64,000 nt of DNA from Orbicella franksi (GCA_964199315.1 OZ116711.1:806001-870000), one strand, 5' to 3'; counted from the first letter of the stretch, positions 1 to 15,400 are shown. The notes: generated by a model not told the origin, from the letters alone. Program-made: numbers and translations.

Positions 1-1412
1 CTAAATACTTTCAGTAAAGTAACCAATGAAACACAAATGGACATGACTTATACTTGTAAAAAACATGACTTCAATTTATCGCCATGAATGACAATAAAAG
101 TGTTGTTAAAAAAATGAAGTGGTGGTTTTTGGCAGGTATTTATAGAGTTGATTGAGAGGCATACCCAGGTCTCTGTTGTCAGGAGAAAACTGAGAGGATC
201 TTGGTATTAGGAAAGGAGATACTCATCCTTAATATGTAAGGGTGGCTTTCATGTTAACGAAGTTGTATCTAGACATCCTGAACTTCCATGGTTAAGTTGT
301 TTGGCCATGTCTATTTCTTTGAATTGAGTGATAACCGTAATTAGAAAGACTTACGACTGAAACAAAACCAAACAACAACAACAATAACAACAAAAAACAG
401 GTTAAATGGCTCACATGTTTTTCACACGAAACACAGGGCTAATTGCTAAATTCTCAAAAGAGCATTATGGAGCAAAAACCGTGGTAGGGTCATCTTGATA
501 TTCACATCGTGATAGTCACACTATTTTTACATGTCAGTTAAAGGCAATATTGGGCTATTGCATGTAATATCCCCCCCACTGTTGAGCCCTGTTGAGGACA
601 GGCCTTTTCAAGTCTTTCATTCTCACCCCTAAAGAAAATTTAAACATCTTAACCCCCAAGGAATCCATTACAAATGACTAAACCTCTATAGACAGCCATA
701 AGAAATTGGCTAACCCCTCAAGAATCACCAGTGAAGAATTCAATTTTTCTTTTGTGCTCATTTCCTTTTGGAATTCCTGTATATCTGACCTTGCCCTAAT
801 TTATTTGCCCTTCCCCTGACCAATTCCATTGTTTATCATCAGAGGTGGGGGGGGGGGGGAGGGGAGGGGGGACGGGAGGGGTGGGGTGCATATACTATAG
901 GGGTCTATATATTAAATTCAATGGCCTATTGGTTACAACTTGCAACACAAAGATGACGACTGACAAACACAGCAAGTTGCAATGTGGATATGTTACGCAC
1001 AGAAACTTGTCTTACCATATACATGTAGTGCTAGCTATTTGCACTGAGCAAAGATACAAAATACACGTGATTTTTTTCTTGTGGGCAATGACCGGGCAAC
1101 CTAATGTTTGTTGCAAGTTGAAAGACAAATTGCCTCGCCCGACATGGCCCTGACTTCAAAATTAAATCGCATACTTACACATTTTCCTGAATAGTTCTTT
1201 TTGCTTCTGTAAAACAATACTTAAATCCCAGTAAACAATAACTAACTCTTCGGGTCAGAGTGATTTTTTTTTTGACTGGCACTAGTTACACAGGTGCAGT
1301 TATAGTGTCAGTCTGTCTGTGATTTCACGCCAAAAATGTTCCCACATGCAGATTTTTGTAAAACTTGCCATGAAGTAAGGTAAAGATCAACTATTGCCAA
1401 AAAGGCAAATAA

Positions 1413-1420
1413 AAATAATG

Positions 1421-1451
<31 letters not shown>

Positions 1452-1558
1452 GGAATGAGTGTAATTTGTAATTCGTTTGTAAGTTAGTATTTCCCTGACA
1501 TATATATTGTCCTAAGAATTTTTACAGTTGTAATTTTTTATAAGCCACTAATAAACAT

Positions 1559-1605
<47 letters not shown>

Positions 1606-2117
1606 GGTTTTAATAGTTTATTTCTTTTATTTACTTTTACCTTGTAATATACCGATATTGATGTTGAAACCCAGGAGGGAGCCATTATGTAAACATTGTT
1701 GAAATAGGTTTTAATAGTTTATTTCTTTTACTTACTTTTACCTTGTATATACCAATTTGTATGGAATGTGTTAATTAATGTTATGATGATGATAGTAGTA
1801 TTAGTATTAGTTGTAGTAACCATGATATCATGATTAGATACGGAAACATGTTTTACAGGTTTAACGGACATCAAATTATGTAAATATTATAGCATTTTGT
1901 AAAGCTTAGCTCTAGTTTTTGTTACAATAAACACTCCTCTTTATTTAAAAAAAAAAATTAAAAAAAAAAATAATAATAACAATAATAAAGGTGCTGGAGA
2001 TGTAGAAAGAAGAGAAAAAGCAAACAAGGGATGTTTCTTGGCTTCCCTAGGCAACTTGTTGTTTCCCGGAGCCAGTGACGAAACCAGCTTCAATATCATC
2101 AATAGCTGTGCGAATCT

Positions 2118-2180
<63 letters not shown>

Positions 2181-2182
2181 GT
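1413..2182. repeat. Cluster of (TAA)n microsatellites (~1413-1451, 1560-1601, 1969-1987, 2119-2182)
   Basis: Directly visible. Confidence 0.95.
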
Positions 2183-2232
2183 AATAAAACTTCTCTCGGC
2201 CCTCCTCTGGGCTTTCTCCGGTCTTGTTTTAC

Positions 2233-2460
2233 CACCGGATGTGTTTCACTTCCCTGGTTGTATAATTCACCGGATGTGTTCGAGTTCCCTGGTTATATAA
2301 TCCATGGTTGTATAATTCACCGGATGTGTTCGAGTTCCCTGGTTATATAATCCATGGTTGTATAATTCACCGGATGTGTTCGAGTTCCCTGGTTATATAA
2401 TCCACCGGATGTGTTTGACTTCCCTGGTTGCATAATTTACCGGATGTGTTTGACTTCCCC
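2233..2460. repeat. Minisatellite, six 35/50-bp units
   Basis: accggatgtgtt at 2234, 2269, 2319, 2369, 2404 and 2439. Confidence 0.9.
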
Positions 2461-2644
2461 TGTTTTAGTTTTCACTGCGCGTGCGGGAAACGTATTAAGC
2501 TTACGTGACGCTTCAGCCCGCTTTAGCCATGAATAAAGGACCGGAAAAAACAGACCCCTCCTTCACCTATGAAATAAAACATGCGGCAAACGAGATATGC
2601 GTCTATACCGAATTTTCAAATAGACACTGAAGCAAAAAGCAGTC

Positions 2645-2880
2645 TGCCTTCAGTATGCTGTGCACCTCGACGAAAGCGGAAATGAATACTTTCAGGATTA
2701 ATTTTAACGGAATCCGTCGTACTTCCAGTGAAAAAATTCTGCTCGCACAACTGTGAATAACGTTAATTGTCACAGTGTGCCTTCAGTATGCTGTGCACCT
2801 CAACAAAAGCGGAAATGAATACTTGCAGGATAAATTTTAACGGAATCCTTCGTACTTCCGGTGAAAAAATTCTTCTCGCA
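2645..2880. repeat. Direct repeat of ~103 bp, two copies, 133-bp period
   Basis: tgccttcagtatgctgtgcacctc...aaaattct.ctcgca at 2645-2747 and 2778-2880. Confidence 0.9.
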
Positions 2881-3418
2881 TTTGCTGCTAGAACTTGTTG
2901 TTTTCCAGAGTCGCCGGATCGGATACCGTCAACAGAGCAACAAAGCCTCTAACACAACGCTATTGGAGGGGGGCGTTGCGGTTTTCCGTTTTACTGTTTT
3001 GGTCATTTTTAGATCGTCCTTTTGGTTTTTGCACTAAAATACCCGGTGTTTCGGGTTTTTGTTATCTGTTGCAGTATTCGATATTTTCCTTTTTTAGCAT
3101 TGAGGTTTCGGTTTTTGGTCAGGAGAAAAGTGGTTTTTTTTAGGATTTAGTTAGTTACCTGACTTCCCATACAACCTCTTGTAAAATGGAATCTTTGCAA
3201 CTCAATACTAAGAAAAAGTGGCCGGCTGCCAGACTCTGTCATCACGTACTTTTTGACCTCAGCTGTCTTGTGACGTTATCAGGCGGTTTAGTTGTCTACA
3301 CTTGGACAGCTCGGGCTTCTTTAATTAATTGCGCGCGGTCGATACGATTATCTTTGCTTCTTCTTTCGTGAACAAGGTTTGACAATCTTTGCGAGAGCAT
3401 CTTTGGATCGGAGAGGTA

Positions 3419-6400
3419 ATGGAGATGCTTGTATGGAAAGCTGCGAGCCTGTCTATCTTGCTGTATAGTCTGGGATCTTCAGGTAAAACGTTGCTCCGTA
3501 CCGCAGAATGCTTAGCAAATCACTTATTTTAAATAGAATTAATGATTTCTCTTAATCTTCTGAAAACTTATAACTTGAAAAGATTTATCGCAAATTTGAC
3601 TTTTGACTTTAGAGATCCGAAAGAATAACGACGAAAAAATACAGTGCCTTTTCCTAATCAAACAGGAAAAATTTCGAAGATCAAAAATGTGTTACTTGAA
3701 GTGGTTTGAAACTCAGTTCCGCTGTTTTACTTAAAGGCTGTACCCACTCGTGCCTGCAGATTGTTCGTTTTAAGAGGCTCTTCTGTGCCGATCTCAAGCT
3801 AAGATCAAAAGCGTGGCAAAAAGCGTTCTCGAACGCGCACATGGTCCGTGTTCCAATATCAGTGACTCGGCAAAATGTTCGAGACGACGGCATTCAAGGG
3901 GTCATGGAACTGAGAAGAGCAAACTGAAAGGGGGGGCGGGGAGGGGAGTCGAATCGAAAAGCGAAGAGGTGGGAGGAGATTGTTGGGTGTATGATGAAGC
4001 ACACCAGTGTCTTACCGGAAGTGTCGTCAACTCAACATAACCAAGCAAGAATTAAGCTTCTAGCACTTGAACGTATCTAGAAATCAAAAAATCAAAAACA
4101 TGTTAAATAGGATGACTAAAAATTTGGTGGCTAAAAGGAGTTTTCCATTGAAGACGTTGAAGGATGTGACTTGAAAGGCAGATGCTCGGAAGTACCTTTT
4201 TTTTCTGTACCACCAGGAGCCATAATCGGGGACTCCGTCCCCGATTATGGCTCCTGGTACCACATAAAGTGATAATATTTTCCAATGACTTCAGTTTCGA
4301 TTTCTTTCGTTATTATCAGGCGATCCGTTTATATTCTTTTAACCGATGCCAGTAAATTCTTCGCTCCTTTCGGTTCACGTGTCCCGTAGCACGACCTTTT
4401 TACGGGATGGGGGTTGTTAGCCCCAAGCCCAACCCTCCTCCTTTATCCGGGCTTGGGACCGGCAAGATGGGACCAGAGGACCCATCCAGGCGGAGTTACA
4501 AGGTTGTACAGGAACTCGGTCCTACGGTATGCTAAATCTTGCCCGTAATTCGGCGGGTAGGTTTCAGAAGCCATATTAATTTTAGAAACCATTACCAGTG
4601 AAAACGCCCTGCGTGATTGAATTCCTGGGAAACAACTTCCTATTGGAAAATCGATTGAATATTAAGCACTTGACAGTGAGCTTTGTTTCCCCGAGACTTT
4701 CCCTAGGGAGTTAGTTAGCTTTGTTCGCCCTAGGGAGTTAGTGAGTTTTGACCCACGACACTTGACTCGTTCTCCCCAATCAGAAAACGTGTTTGAGCTG
4801 AGAGGTATAACAAATGTGTTTATTTCTTAGTGTGCGATGGATGTAACGAGACGTTTCAAGCAGATAAAGGAGGCTTTCATTCGCCTAACTACCCACAACA
4901 GTACCCGGATGATCAGTACTGCTCCTGGAGGATCACGGTCAGCCTCTCCCATCAAGTGTACTTGATGTTCACAAGCTTTAATTTACAAGCTGAAAACAAC
5001 ACAGATGCTGTTTATATGTACGATGGAGACAGTGAGACAGAGAAGGTGTTGGGAGTGTTTTATGGCAGTGAACGTCCCTCCAAAGGAATATATTCCTCGT
5101 CAAACAGTTTACTTGTAGTATTCAAGTCAGATAATAAGAGTTCTTCCACTGGTTTCCAGGCCGTCTACCATGCTATAAATTGTTCTGGTAAGTTAAGTTA
5201 TGCAGTCTTTTTCGGTTTTACAAGAAGTTTAAATGCTTAGTGTATCTCTGTAATTTTTAGTAACCGTGTCTTAAATTCAATAGGGTTAAATGAGTAAATA
5301 GACACACTCGGAAAATCGAGTACTGATTACTGAAGGAGGTGGAGTGACTTGGAATAAGAAGTACGCAAAGAGAAGCAGACATGGGAGTGATAGAAAATAA
5401 GCTACACAATCCTCCTGGGTTAGGCTCTACTGTGACGACCTTGAGAAATGATTAGCTAGAGATCTTTAGATTGGACGAGTACGAGACTGAATACGAGTAC
5501 GATTTGCGAATTTCAAACGAGTGACGTTTCCAGAGTCCTCGCTCTTCGTGTTGCTTTTAGGTGGAGAGAGTAGTTCATGGGATGCAATGGGTATGTGACG
5601 TTATAACGTGGAGCATGCAAACTAGAATTGAAAAGAGGTACTCGTACTCAAATCCTAAGTCCCCTACTGCTGATAACCCTCCTTCAATATCAAGGCTCGT
5701 CTCTAGGAGGGGTTCTCGGTGCGAGGTACCTAGCTAGAGGAACCAATGAAAATTGCACGATAGACCACAAGCTTAAATTTACTTGTAATTTTTGAGTAAT
5801 TTTAAAAAATTCAGTGAAATAACTGTAGCAGTATATGTAAGTTAGTGATAATTTGATAAAACAGTTATTCCATATGCGCGTGCTGGATATAATGCGATTA
5901 TAATCAATTGATTTCAGCTAAAATTCTGCGCCGTGACCTAGTTAGAAAAGGAATTGAATAGCGGGAACGTTATTTAGTCGATTTTCCAGCAAATTTAATT
6001 CGGGTGCCACTGGAACTTACATGTGGGTTCTTGATAAGAGCTATGAGGTTTGATGTTTTCGTTACAAAGATGAGAGCTACTTTTTAGCGAGGCCGGTTGC
6101 CAAGTTAACAAAGCATTTTCTTGAGTGATATGATTATTAGAAACTCATGACATTTGTAATGTTTTTGTCCCGCTGTAGTTTCCTTTCTGAATATTTACAT
6201 TCGAAGCGAAGGTTGCGACGATCCAGGAAAGACGTTTGGTATATGTGGTCGTGCTTACATCATGGTTAATGGAAAGGATCATTCGGTTCATGGGAGGGGC
6301 CATAATGTCGTCATTGTGGATGCTGCAACAGGTGTAGTAGCGCACACTCAATATGCAGTGTTTAGTACAATCAGTATAGCCAATAGCCAATAGCTAAGCG

Positions 6401-9400
6401 TAAACTCCACGTTAAATAAAGTATCGTATCGTAAATAAAGTATTCTATGTTGCCGTACGCCTAATAAATGACAGATGACGTCAAAATGTGGTAAGAACGG
6501 AAAAGTGGCACATGAGGCGATAGCCGAGTCTGTCACTGATGCTCTTACTATATTTTGACGTCTTGTGATTAATTACTGAGCAGACGCACGGCAATCATGG
6601 AGTCTTTGATTTATGTAATAATGCATTTCAACGACGTCATTTTTGCGCTCGTCCAATCAAACTGCGAGAATAATTTGACTTGTGAAATAAAATGAAATAG
6701 AAAATGCATTCAATTCCTGACCAAATGCACTTATGTCTCCTGTAGTTAGTGGGTTTAAGGACCTTTAAGAACACAAACTTTACTAAACGTATACTACATA
6801 CCAACAGCGAGGTGAAAGCGTTACAAATCATTATGTTGCGTTTTTTTTTTTTTAAATCAGATCCAATTCGACTTTACATGGTCGAATTGATTTTTTTAAC
6901 TACACTCACAAGAAAGCGTATTTATCATATTTCTGATTATGCCAAATTGAAGCTTGGTTTGAATGCATAACTGACACGTGTTCTTTGAATATAGGAGCAG
7001 TGTTGGCGTCAAGAAGTTATGACACTCACGGCAGTAGGGCTCAAGGGATCGGATTAAGCAAATATCTTAACTCCATTACTGAAAAGTAAGTTCAGGACCG
7101 ATGAAGCTATCTTGTTTCTGCTGTTGTTATTTCTAGTTTTTTTTCTTTTTTGGATTTCTTGGCATATGTTTTAAAGAAAAAGAATGTGAACGAAACTTAT
7201 CTTGAGCGACTATTTCAACGTAAATGTTGTATAAATTATGGGTCAGAGGAAGCTACACACTAAAACAAACAATAGATTTGTGATCATTTTTATCGTTTTG
7301 AACCTGAAATGCTATTGGTCAATTAGTACATAATTTACTTCGGCGCCTTCCTTGGAGTATCTTTAACATTCATCTATAACATCCATATATCTAAGGATTG
7401 CAATTTGTCTACTTTTACTTACTTACTTAGTTAGCTAATATATTTTGTGTAGTGTCACCAAATTGGTTCATTTCAACGTCATGAAGATTGAAAATTGAAT
7501 TAAGTTGCTTCAAACGGATTATTGACGAAGTTTGAGGCCAAGAAAGCCGAAATTTGGCCCATTTCCAGCCTTCTTGACCGAATGAGCTTCGGAAAACAAA
7601 CAAACCAGCAAAAACAGCAACAGCAGCAACAAAATATTACATGGCATAAAGAAAATCGGGCACATTGTGTTGTGTTCTTGGGCGGGACACTTTACTCTCA
7701 CAATTTCTCTCTCCGCCCAGGTGTATGAGTGAATGGGTACCAGCGAATTAAATGCTGGAAGGTAACCCTGAGATGGACTAGAAACCCATCCAGGGGGGGG
7801 GGGGGGGTACAAACACTCCTTGTCGCTTCATGCTACTGAAACCGGAATAAACTCCGGCCTGGTGGATCACTCCGCTCGTATGCAAACTTTGCCTTTTAAA
7901 CCTTTACAAAGGTAACTTTACATTTATAAACCATTCCTGTGAGGGAAAGAGCGGGTAATCTCGAGCCGGGAAGACTTGCGTGCTTGTGGAGCTAGCCAGA
8001 TGATGTAATAATGTATTGATGGTTGATTTATTCACGAGAAAAGGCATTTAGCTGGCCATTTACTAATAAATCGAAATACCTGTTCTAAGTCACTGACTTT
8101 CTTTTAACTGCAGTAAAATCGTTCTAATCGCCATTCAAGACGAGGGATCTGAGTTTGTGAGACCAGCTTTAGGTGCTCTCAGGAGACTAGGCGCTAAAGA
8201 TCCCATCCTAGTAAAATTTCGAGGTTCATTTGCTCTAGCTGGTTCCACTCAGAACAACAAGCCACATTGGGTCACACAAGACCAGCATGTTCGGTACAAA
8301 GGACCCAGCGAGATCTCTTTGAGAATTCTTCTCCAAAGCCACCGACCACGTAAGAATGTAGTCACGCATGTTTGACTTAAGAGTAGCGGTAATTGCGGTG
8401 GTAGGGTGCCAATAGCAGTAGCAGTAAAAGTGACAGTAGCAGTCACATAAGCAGCTGCCAGTAGTAGTAAGTAACAGTTCAAGAAGCAGTGTTGGCTGCG
8501 GTAGCGATGGCAGTATCGGTGGAATCAGCAATAAAGGTAGCAGCAGCAGTGGCGGCAGTAACAGTAACAGTATTAGTAGCAGTGGCAGTGGCAGTGGCAG
8601 TATCTGTTGGGGTAGCATGTAACAACAGTGGCAGTAGCAATAACAGTATCATTAGCAGTAATAGCAGGAACGATAGTGTTATCAGTAGACATATCAGTTG
8701 ACATATCAGTTGAGAGCGGGGATACTCAGGAAACTCCTAAAAGAGACAATTCTTACCCCAGTCTAAAACAGACAGAAAAATTGGAGCCATAGCAGAGTAA
8801 AGTGACGATAAAGACCTAAACAATAAAAGATCTCGTGGGCGAAAAAATTTTAATTTTGTCAATATAGGCCTTCAACACAGTATGACGCGTAGTGGCATCG
8901 TTAATTTTGTTGCTTGAAGCCGTAAAAGATATCTTAATACGTAAGAATTTGAACATTTTAAGAGACATAAAACAAGCATCCCCCCCTCCTTTACCTAAGA
9001 TTCCCCCCGCCCCCGCCAGGTAACTATACTGACACTTCATTCCTTTAATTCTAAATTTCTAGCACCTCTTGGAATGGAGAATGGTGAGATCGCTGATGCC
9101 CAAATAAGCGCATCTTCACATTGGAGTTATAATTACGCGGCAACGCAGGGGAGGTTAAGTCCTAAACGACGGAGAATCGACAGTGGGTGGTTTGCTCGTT
9201 CAAATGATCTCAATCAGTGGCTTCAGGTGGATCTCGGCAGTTTTACCACAGTGGTAGGTGTAGCGACTCAAGGAAGGTATTCATACAGGTGGAGGCAGTG
9301 GGTAACCAGTTTCAACGTACAGTACAGCAATGACGGAGTGATCTTCCAATTTTATACGGAAACATGGAACTCCTCCGCGAAGGTATGCACGTGCGGGGCG

Positions 9401-12400
9401 GGGGGGGGGGTTGAGGAGAGAGGGAGATACTCTCCTAAATAGCTTCAAAAAGCATCCAGAAACCCCCCAAGGCATGATGTATACAAATATACACGTATTG
9501 TCTTGTTTTCAGTTCTTACACTTCTTTCAGGTAAATCCTAAGAGTCAGAAGATAGTTTGGGGATATGTGATAAATTTTATTAGAGTTCATCGGTCGACTA
9601 CTTACAATGTCGTGGTCGTTTGGCCACCAAGAAATAGTAGTTATGGCAAGGGGATGTTGTATTGGGATTTTTCCATGGTAAAATTGCTGGTTTAGCCGTT
9701 TTAAAACGATGGTTCTTCTACAACCCTAGAAAGGTATACAGTTACTCGATATTACGACGCGCGCGATCGGACTCGCAGCCAGGCCATCTTTAGCGCTAAT
9801 CTTCGCGGAAAATAATATGGCGTGGGAAGATTGTCGCGTAGATTGCGTTATTCGGAGAAAGTCATCAACTACGAAAACCCAATCTGTTGTAACGTATTTC
9901 AAACTCTCCTTTTTACCTCTAAATAATTCCCGGATTCCATTCATGCTGGTCCCATTCGAGTCAATCAGTTTTGCCCATTAAAAAATGGTTCAACGTAATT
10001 GGTCACTGGTTGGGGGGAAAATGATCTATAAATATCCCGCTCGCTTATCTGATAGGACAAGACCATATACCAGTTATGGACACTAGCATTATGACCTTCT
10101 GATAACGGACTCATGTCATGGAATGAGATGCCAAGGTTTCCTTAAAACATGGGGATTAATACGACAAACGTCGAGATTCTAAAGATATGAAGCTTTTTTA
10201 CGAAATCTTTCTCTTCATTCACGTAGGTGTTTAACGGAAACCAAGATGGTGACACAGTTGTTTATAACGAACTGGATCCACCAATCACAACACAGTATAT
10301 CAGGGTGAGGCCATTGACTTGGTACAAGCACATATCAATGAGAATGGAGCTCTATGGTTGTCAAGGTATTCTATACATGAATGATTTCTCAGTATTGTCA
10401 TGATTATATTTAGCGCCCACTTCATTGTTGTTGGAAGTATCCACAAATTAAAGAAATCACCTTCAAATGGGCTGTTTATTTAACCTAAAATGCATAAGAT
10501 TGTTGATCGGCCCAATTTTGGCCCGTTAGAGACCTAGATAGGTCAATTGGACAGACTTATGAAGAAAAAAGAAAGTTTTAGAAAAAAATGTGCTTTTCCT
10601 TAAGAGACGGATATTCGATTCTTTACGTATGTACTAGCTACGCAACACTTTCGAGTGGTATACCATGGAATATCCCACGAATTACTTATATTTTCTCGGT
10701 ATACACACGAATCCTACCAAGAAAATGCAATTGATAAGGAAATGAAATTAGTAGCCAAGTCAAGCAATGCGGCACGCGCGCGTCGCACGATGGGAAGGCT
10801 GGGTGTCCTACCGTCTAGTGTATAGTATTCTGACTGGATGTATTTTTAAGGCATGGTAGAAATACTTAGACGGCACAATACCGAGATATGACGATTGTAA
10901 TAGTTTAACATTTTACTGTGGCTGAGTCTTGTAAAATTAATCTTCTTAACAGACTAGCCTTTCGCCCGGATAACTAGCGTTTCCAACAGAAAACACAAGA
11001 CTACAGGGTGATTACTTTGCTTCAATAACTTTAGGTTGCATACAACCTCTTGGCATGGAAAGTGGAGTGATACCCGATTCCCAGATAACCGCCTCTTCAG
11101 TCAACAAGAACAATCAATCTCCAGCACGAGCCAGGCTGAATAATTTGGGTTGGACTGCAGCTTTAGATGATCTCAAATCATGGCTTCAAATAGATCTGGG
11201 AAGTTACAAAATAGTGGCACGACTGGCAACCCGAGGTTCTTCACAATCAGTACCTGCGTCCTGGGTAACCAGCTACAGGTTACAATATAGTGATGACGGA
11301 TTCTTGTTCCATTTTTATCAGGAGCCAAGAGACACTTCTGCTAAAGTATACCCAGATTTTATGTGTGATCAAAAATTATTTTGTTTCGCATTCTTATTTC
11401 AAAGTCTAATTATTTAATATTTTTTCTCTCTTTTTTTTTTTAATGTGCAGGTGTTTCGCGGAAATCAAAACGCTGACTCTGTCGTGTATAATAAACTCAG
11501 TCAGCCAATCACAACGCACGTCATCCGGATATTGCCTGTACAGTGGAGCAAATACGTATCAATGAGAGTAGAAATTTACGGCTGTCAAGGTACATACGTA
11601 GATCTGTATAAAAATGTAAACCGGGAGTACACACCAGTACTAACTTCAAATGAGAGCAGTTCGCCGAGTCGATAGCAGTAAAAACACCTTTATAGGGTAA
11701 AAAGTTCGGTGTTTTAAACCCGATAGACAACTCAAGCTCTCTAGTTGTAAAATAACAAGTGATAAGACAACTATTATGTTGAGATTCACGGTGACGATTG
11801 GTCTGCCAATTTCAATTATAGCTTGTATAGCACCTCTTGGCATGGAACGGAAGTCAGTCTCTGATAACCAAATAAGCGCGTCCTCCCAACTGGATGGAAA
11901 CCACTCCGCAATACAGGCCAGGTTGCATTCCAAGGCTGGCGCTTGGTCACCTCTCACTAATGATCTTAATCAGTGGCTTCAGGTGGATCTTGGTAGTGCT
12001 ACCCGTGTGACTCGTGTGGCAACCCAAGGAAGCAATGCATACAACGAGTCGGTGACCAGATACAAGTTGCAGTATAGTGATGACGGAGTGACCTTCCAGT
12101 TTTACAAGGACGTTGGAGACAGTTCCGCAAAGGTATTTGCACGCTGTCAACGAAATATACATTTATTCATTAATTCATGTTTTAGCGTGTATCATCAAGT
12201 TATGATGCGCGTGGGGAGAGCACAAAAAAAAAAGCCAAAGAGAGAGAGTATCTTTAGCTTCTTGTATGCTTTCCAAAGCGCATCATCTTCATCTCTATGT
12301 ACATCTACTAATTTCGGGTTAGGGTTAATTCGTAGCAGTCTTAGGTTGTTTTAAACAAAGAACAAGCTTTCAGTTTCTGAAGAAACTGTTGTGCAGGGTT

Positions 12401-15400
12401 CTTAGGCAATCAAGACACTTATATGACTGTACAAACGAGCATTAAAGTCCTCACGCGTCCCATGCCCAGATCCAGGACTTATGAAGAAGATGGCGATGAG
12501 CCTCACATATTTGAGTCAAAAGGGTGGTTGAAAGGGAGGGGAACAGTTACTCCCCCAGTCCCCTCCGTTAGATGTGCCACACATTGTTTAATGCAAATTT
12601 CGTTGTTTTCAGATGTTTGATGGAAATCAAGAGAGTGGCACCGTTGTTTACAATAAACTGAGACGACCAATCGTAACAAGCTACATCCGATTTATACCAA
12701 CACATTGGAACAATCGCATTTCAATGAGGATTGAGCTCTTTGGTTGTCCAGGTATTTGTATCAGACTGTTCAAATCAGCCTTGTTACCAAGATACCGTAA
12801 AGGTCCGAATTTAAACCATTTCAGAAATGATGATGAAATTTCATGGCTGTTAACAAATTTCGAAAGTGACGTCCATCCAAATGTTCAAACTTGTTATGAC
12901 AAACAAGAGAACCAAGAAATAAACCAAACTGAACCAAACAGAACAAGCTGGCACTTGCTTTCGATGACTTATTATACATTCTTTTTAATGTGACCCTTTC
13001 TTCTCTGAAGGTAATGTGAAAATCTTTGCTTTATGCAGATGGCTTGGGTCCTATGGGGTATACATTTTAGCTACTTAAAAAACGCGATTTTCCACAAGTG
13101 GCGATAAGAAAAGGCTGCTAAACCCGCAAGTAGTAATCATAGATACTGATTGAAATGTCAAAACGATTTCAAGAAGTAGGGCGTACCTCTCGTTCCTGGA
13201 GAGAGTTCGCCTATTCTCGTTGGTTATCTCCTGTCGTTAAAGTTTGCTTGTACTGATCATTTCAGATTGCCTAGCACCTGTTGGTATGGGGAGTGGAGCA
13301 ATCTCTGATAACCAAATAAGTGCGTCTTCACAAAAAGATGACAACTATGCGCCACAGCGAGGCAGGTTGAATATGAAGATAAGCGGAGTCAAGCAAGGAG
13401 GGTGGAGACCTCTCCGAACTGATTTCAATCCATGGCTTCAGGTGAATCTTGGTAGTTACATCCGTGTCACTCGTGTGGCGACTCAGGGAAGAGACGGATC
13501 CGACATGTGGGTTACCAAATATAAACTACTGTACAGTATGGACGAAGCGTCTTTCAACTTTTACAAGGAAGTACATCAAAAGTCCGCCAAGGTAAGACCG
13601 TGTTATCACAATTGCCTCGTGCATTTGACCAGAAAATCAGTGCTGTTCAAATGTTATTTCTTCATTAAAATCTGTTTCACCTCATGAAATAGTAAAAAGA
13701 GATGGCTCTGATTTTATCAGAAAAAATACGATATCTTGCTAATAACACGACGGCGGCAATCTTCGCCATTTTCTAGACGACCTGGGTAATGACTATAAGT
13801 GTGCGATAGCAGTGAATCGATTACAGTGTGTGCATTAGTATACATGCACTATTGTATTGGACGAATTCCAGCAACACTTACAGCTACGTAACGGTGTATG
13901 TTTTGTTTAAGTGTATGCTTTGTTTTTGCGTTTAGGTGTTTGATGGAAATGACGACAGTGCCACTGTTGTTTATAACATTTTGAACCCGCCATTCACAGC
14001 ACGTTACGTCAGGATAGTGCCGGTAGAGTTTCACAAAGTCGTGTCAATAAGATTGGAGATCTACGGTTGTCCAGGTATTTTCCAGTGATTTCTGATGTAA
14101 AATGATAGTGCCTGAAGTTTTAGTTCCTGCTAGCAGTAATACTGCAATAAATAGTCCAAACCATGTCATGGAGAAGTACCAAACTGACATTGTAGACTTC
14201 ATGTTAGTTGCATGAAAGCATCGTATAGCGGGAAATAGCTGCCAATGAAGCTTGAAGGGGCTGGGTCACAAAATTTCAGTACAGACCCACTGGTCATAAA
14301 ATTAACTGAAGTAACACAATAACGGATAAAAAAGAATTCAAGAGAAACACACAAAAAGCAAGGGAAACACACAAATATACAAAAAACAAATTTATATCAA
14401 TATGTATGAAAGTGCCATTTGCAATGCCTGGAAGGTATTCTTGTTTGTTTTGAGGGCGCGATTTCCCCAGTAAATTAATGTTACTCTACCAATTTGAAGT
14501 TTTGAGCCCACACGTGACGAAAATAAGCTGAATTACCTAAAGTACTGTGACCTGGCCCATTCTAACTGTTAGCATCATGATATGGATGACAGAAGTCTGG
14601 GATACATACTAAACAACAAATAGAAATTAAGTATCTAACAGGAATGTATTACAAGTGTAAACCTGGAAACTACCCAACTGCTCTTTACTTGCTACATTAA
14701 TTTGCTAAAATGTATGGTCGAAGGCCAAGTCTCTGGCACTTGTATGAGTTATATTTTAAAGCTCTGTCTTTGTTTAATAAATCCAGGCTGCATTGCATCT
14801 CTTGGCATGGAAGATGGAGCTATATCCGATGCCCAAATAACCGCATCTTCACAATGGGATGACAATCATTCCCCGGCACGGGCCAGGCTGAATACCAAGA
14901 TGGCTGGCCCCAAGAAAGGAGCCTGGTCATCTCGCCCATCTGATCTCAATCAATGGCTTCAGGTGGATCTTGGTACCTATACAATAGTGACGCGTGTAGC
15001 GACTCAGGGTAGGAATGGTCACAATCAGTGGGTGACCAGTTACAGAATAGAGTATGGTAACGATGGAGTGAACTTTCATTTTTATCGAGAACCAGGCGAC
15101 AGTTCACCAAAGGTATTTTTACCGCGTCAGCTTTTCTCCTAGTTAGCGGGGTGTGCGGTAGCGTAATGGTTTTGTATAGAATGAGGTTCATCCACGGTCT
15201 TTTTTCACGAAGGAAAAAGTTGCATACGAGGAAACTTTAAAAGTATAACTACAACCGGGAGGCAATAAACTAGACGACTGTACGAAAAAAGCCTAAAGAA
15301 TTCCCGCAAGTTTTTTTAAAGCTTTTGGAACAGTTGCCTTTAACAAGACTTTGCTAGGGAGGGGGTGGGGAGAAGGGGAGGAATTTTGGGGTAGCTAAGC

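Noticed and set aside
845-1153. 102-aa ORF starting with poly-Gly
   Set aside because: It begins in a G-run and shows no domain or splice support.
2047-2350. Poly-Leu and poly-Asn ORFs
   Set aside because: They are translations of the (TAA)n microsatellite.
2233-2460. CRISPR-like periodic repeat
   Set aside because: There are no unique spacers and no cas genes, and the context is eukaryotic; it is a minisatellite.
8235-8701. Leu-, Ala- and Val-rich ORFs that look like membrane proteins
   Set aside because: They come from a degenerate trinucleotide tract in an intron; one overlaps a real ILEI exon antisense.
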